64,000 bases of DNA from the human T2T-CHM13v2.0 reference genome, Homo sapiens: assembly GCF_009914755.1 (NCBI RefSeq), contig NC_060928.1. The stretch is one strand, 5' to 3'. Under the pieces are notes generated by a model. The model made no database searches. It saw nothing but the letters and a program-made list of their open reading frames with translations, and was not told the origin of the DNA. The position numbers were made by a program, and so were the translations under genes. Positions 61,201 to 64,000 of the stretch are shown piece after piece; position 1 is the first letter of the stretch; every line of letters begins with the position of its first letter.

Positions 61201-62879
61201 AGTTGTTAAATGAATTAAATAATATACATGGAAATATGTTAAAATCTTGAGAGGCTATGCTAATATAATATGTTCTAAGAATCTAGGACAAGTTTAGAAT
61301 TTATTAATGGCTTAGTTCCTTAATTTAATTTACTATAATTTTATTGAAGTTGATCTTTCATCCCCGGAAGTCCAGTATGAAAAGCAGCATTTTTAAATAC
61401 AAAATGACTGGGCAGAAAATGGTCATAGGAGAGGATGGGTTTTAGCTGCAGTCCTGCAAATAGCCTGCAGCAGAACCAGGGAAATCAATACAAAGATGAC
61501 TTTAAGCCAAGCTACAGACCTTTAGTTGCCTGGACAAATTTACTCTTTCATTTCCTGAACAATAAATCCCTATAACCTTTAATGTTTGCTTTAAAAAAAT
61601 AGTAAAAGTTTTGGAAACAGATCCTGCTATTTTAGTAGGAAAAAGATCCTACTTCCCAGACACACTGTAACACTTTGGTATACACCTTGGCCTATAGCCC
61701 AAGTTACACCCTCCAGCATTTAAACAGTTTTCAAATTAGCCAGACAGGTATGAGGAGACAGGTGAATTAATAAGGAGTGGTTTGATTCTGTGATCTGGAG
61801 AGAGAGCAATGGTTAGGGATATTAAAGACAAAGCAGTGGTCCACCAGTCTGTAATCCCCAATTAGACTACACCTCTTATCATCACAACATTTACTGTATG
61901 ACTGGAAAAACAGAAAAGATATTTTACATAGGAGACAGAGGAATATCTGACAAGAAACACTCTCATGGTAGACTATATGGGACAATTTACATGGCCCATA
62001 AGTATACAGAGAAAGATATATCTTTTGTTATTGTAGGGTATTATATAATCATTACCATGATCCTCTCTCTCATATTTATCTTGCTTTTAGTTTACAACAG
62101 TTGTTAGAATCTTCACTCCATCATTTATCACAGAAACCTCAGATGAAAATAGAAACAAGGTTGCATATATTTTGCCTATCTAGAAGTTCAGTATCAGAGT
62201 GTGTGAGTTATTTATCCTTAGTCTCATAGGTATTAAGTGGCAGAACTGGTACTCACAGTGCTTGTGCTGGGATACTGCAGTGGGCATCTATGGAATTAGT
62301 TGTGTCTTCTAATTAGTTGTGTCTGTCACAGTGTCCCTCTCCTCATTCCACAGGATGCTCTGAACTCTGAAGGTGCCATGCTAGTAGCTAATGGGTTCCA
62401 TCCCTGGAACTTGGGGGCTTGGGGCAAAGAGAGAAATAGTACACTTTCTCCAGAGGGATGAAGCTGTGATGGGAAAACCGTTATAACTCCTGGCATCTAA
62501 AATCAAGCAATCAATGGATTGAAGAAGTAAAGAAGCAATCCCAAGAGAAATGGCTGCGAATGAAACGTTTAACAGGAAGCAGAGGCAAGGAATAGAGTAA
62601 GCAATTCTATGGCATTTCAGCTCGTGCTTCCTATCACATCTAAGTTTTGGCTGCATTTTTGTTATTCCTACAGGTTAATTGCCCAGTTCTTTCTTCGATT
62701 ATACTTAACTTAAATTCTTCCAGTAAACTCCCTTTGTGTTTAAGCATTAGATGGAGGAAATTTTTAAAAATGACTTAATATGGCTTTGCATTTTCTGGTT
62801 CCAGTAGGCGTTTAAAGATGGAATGTTCTCTAATGAGGTATTCAGACACCACCTCCTATATTTAGAAACTTCTCAACTG

Positions 62880-63280
62880 TAGTTTTCTTGACGTAAATTA
62901 TATATTCTCCCCTAGTTCTTTACTTACTCCCTCCTCAGTTACTGGTGTGTGAAACTTATATGGGTCCCCTATGGGTCTTCTATGTAAGTCCCATTGCCTA
63001 TCCAATGGGTTCTGTTGGATAGAACATAATATGAACCTTCCTAGTCTCTCTGTTTCATGCATGACCCATATCTGATTCACTGGAATCCTTCACATACCCT
63101 TTGACCTAATAACCTTTGGGATGGAGGCAGACCTCACAATCCTTGGGCTCATTGATCAACAGCTAACCATCCTGCCTGTAGCTCATTGTATTTGTCAGGT
63201 AGTAGTCATATTCCAGTCCATTGTGTTTTTTTATACTGTGTGTTCACATATTAAGTTCACCAAGTAGTCTCACCGAGGCT
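62880..63280 (-). mobile_element. Possible ERVL/MaLR internal remnant
   Basis: Pyrimidine-rich sequence resembling antisense ERVL gag region; weak by-eye similarity. Confidence 0.3.
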
Positions 63281-63459
63281 CCTCTAACTAGTTTTCAGGT
63301 AAGAATGGGCACAGCAAATCTCCCCATTAGTGGCAACACATTAGCGGAGCTCTTTCCTGAGGAATCATCTTTAAAAATTCCCTCCCTATTGAAAGAATCA
63401 AGCATTTTGCTTATTTTTCCTATTTAAACTATAGCTCAGGGAAGCCAAATAGTTAATGA

Positions 63460-64000
63460 GGGTAAGTTTTACTCCATAAAAGTATAACAGATAATGAATA
63501 AAGGAGAAATAGAACACAATGTCAATTTTGAGTCCTTAATGATATAGTTGATCTAGGAAATGATCATTCATAGTTGTTACCACCATAAAAAGAGAAACCA
63601 TTAGATATTATATACTTCTTGGTAGAAGTATATACCACCACCTCTGAAGTGTTCTTGTCAAAATTTTATTTTGAATTAGATCAAGCTTCTAGATTTAACT
63701 ACTAGGTTACAGGAAATACAGGGGATGGAAGAACATGTTAAAAGACACCATGAGGAAGTAGTTATTAAAGTTTAGAGTGTAGAAAACCTGCCAGGACAAA
63801 TGATCTGATTTTTTAAAAAACCAAAAAATTGCAAAGGGAGAAAAGCAAGCATGAAAAAATCTTGAGAGACTTAGGAAACATAATCAAATGCAACATGTGA
63901 TTCTTGTTTGGATTCCGATTCAAATTAAAGACTTTAAATAAAATGTGTAAGATGAGAACATTGAAACACTGACTTCTAATTTGAGAATTATTTTTAATAT
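63460..64000 (+). mobile_element. L1MC4/L1MC5-type 3' region
   Basis: agttgatctagg...ataccaccacct...gatcaagcttctagat...tacaggaaatacagggg. Confidence 0.65.

Overview
AT-rich primate genomic DNA, most likely human or another ape (Alu, L1PA, MER41/MER61/LTR8, MaLR, MIR/L2 and Tigger/MADE1/MER5A/MER63 elements). No intact protein-coding gene, tRNA, rRNA or CRISPR array is visible; nearly all long ORFs in the track are LINE-1 ORF1/ORF2 remnants or Alu-derived. Main landmarks are a full-length but inactivated L1PA3/4-type element (14209-20349, minus strand) inside a Tigger3 transposon, a full-length older L1PA15/16-like element (~54181-60560, plus strand), and several nested insertions. The most interesting signal is in the non-repetitive gaps. 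A series of plus-strand exon-shaped segments (~4-48 kb) carry splice-like boundaries, and their stop- and frameshift-damaged translations repeatedly resemble RGS-domain helices of the RGS22/RGSL1 type. Two of them are split by Alu insertions with target-site duplications. This suggests a decayed multi-exon (possibly unitary) pseudogene; it is a by-eye motif inference that needs HMM and orthologue testing. Several templated-insertion or template-switch scars and a poly(A)-only retrotransposition footprint are directly visible. Repeat subfamily names come from remembered consensus sequences, not a RepeatMasker run, and boundaries of old elements are approximate.
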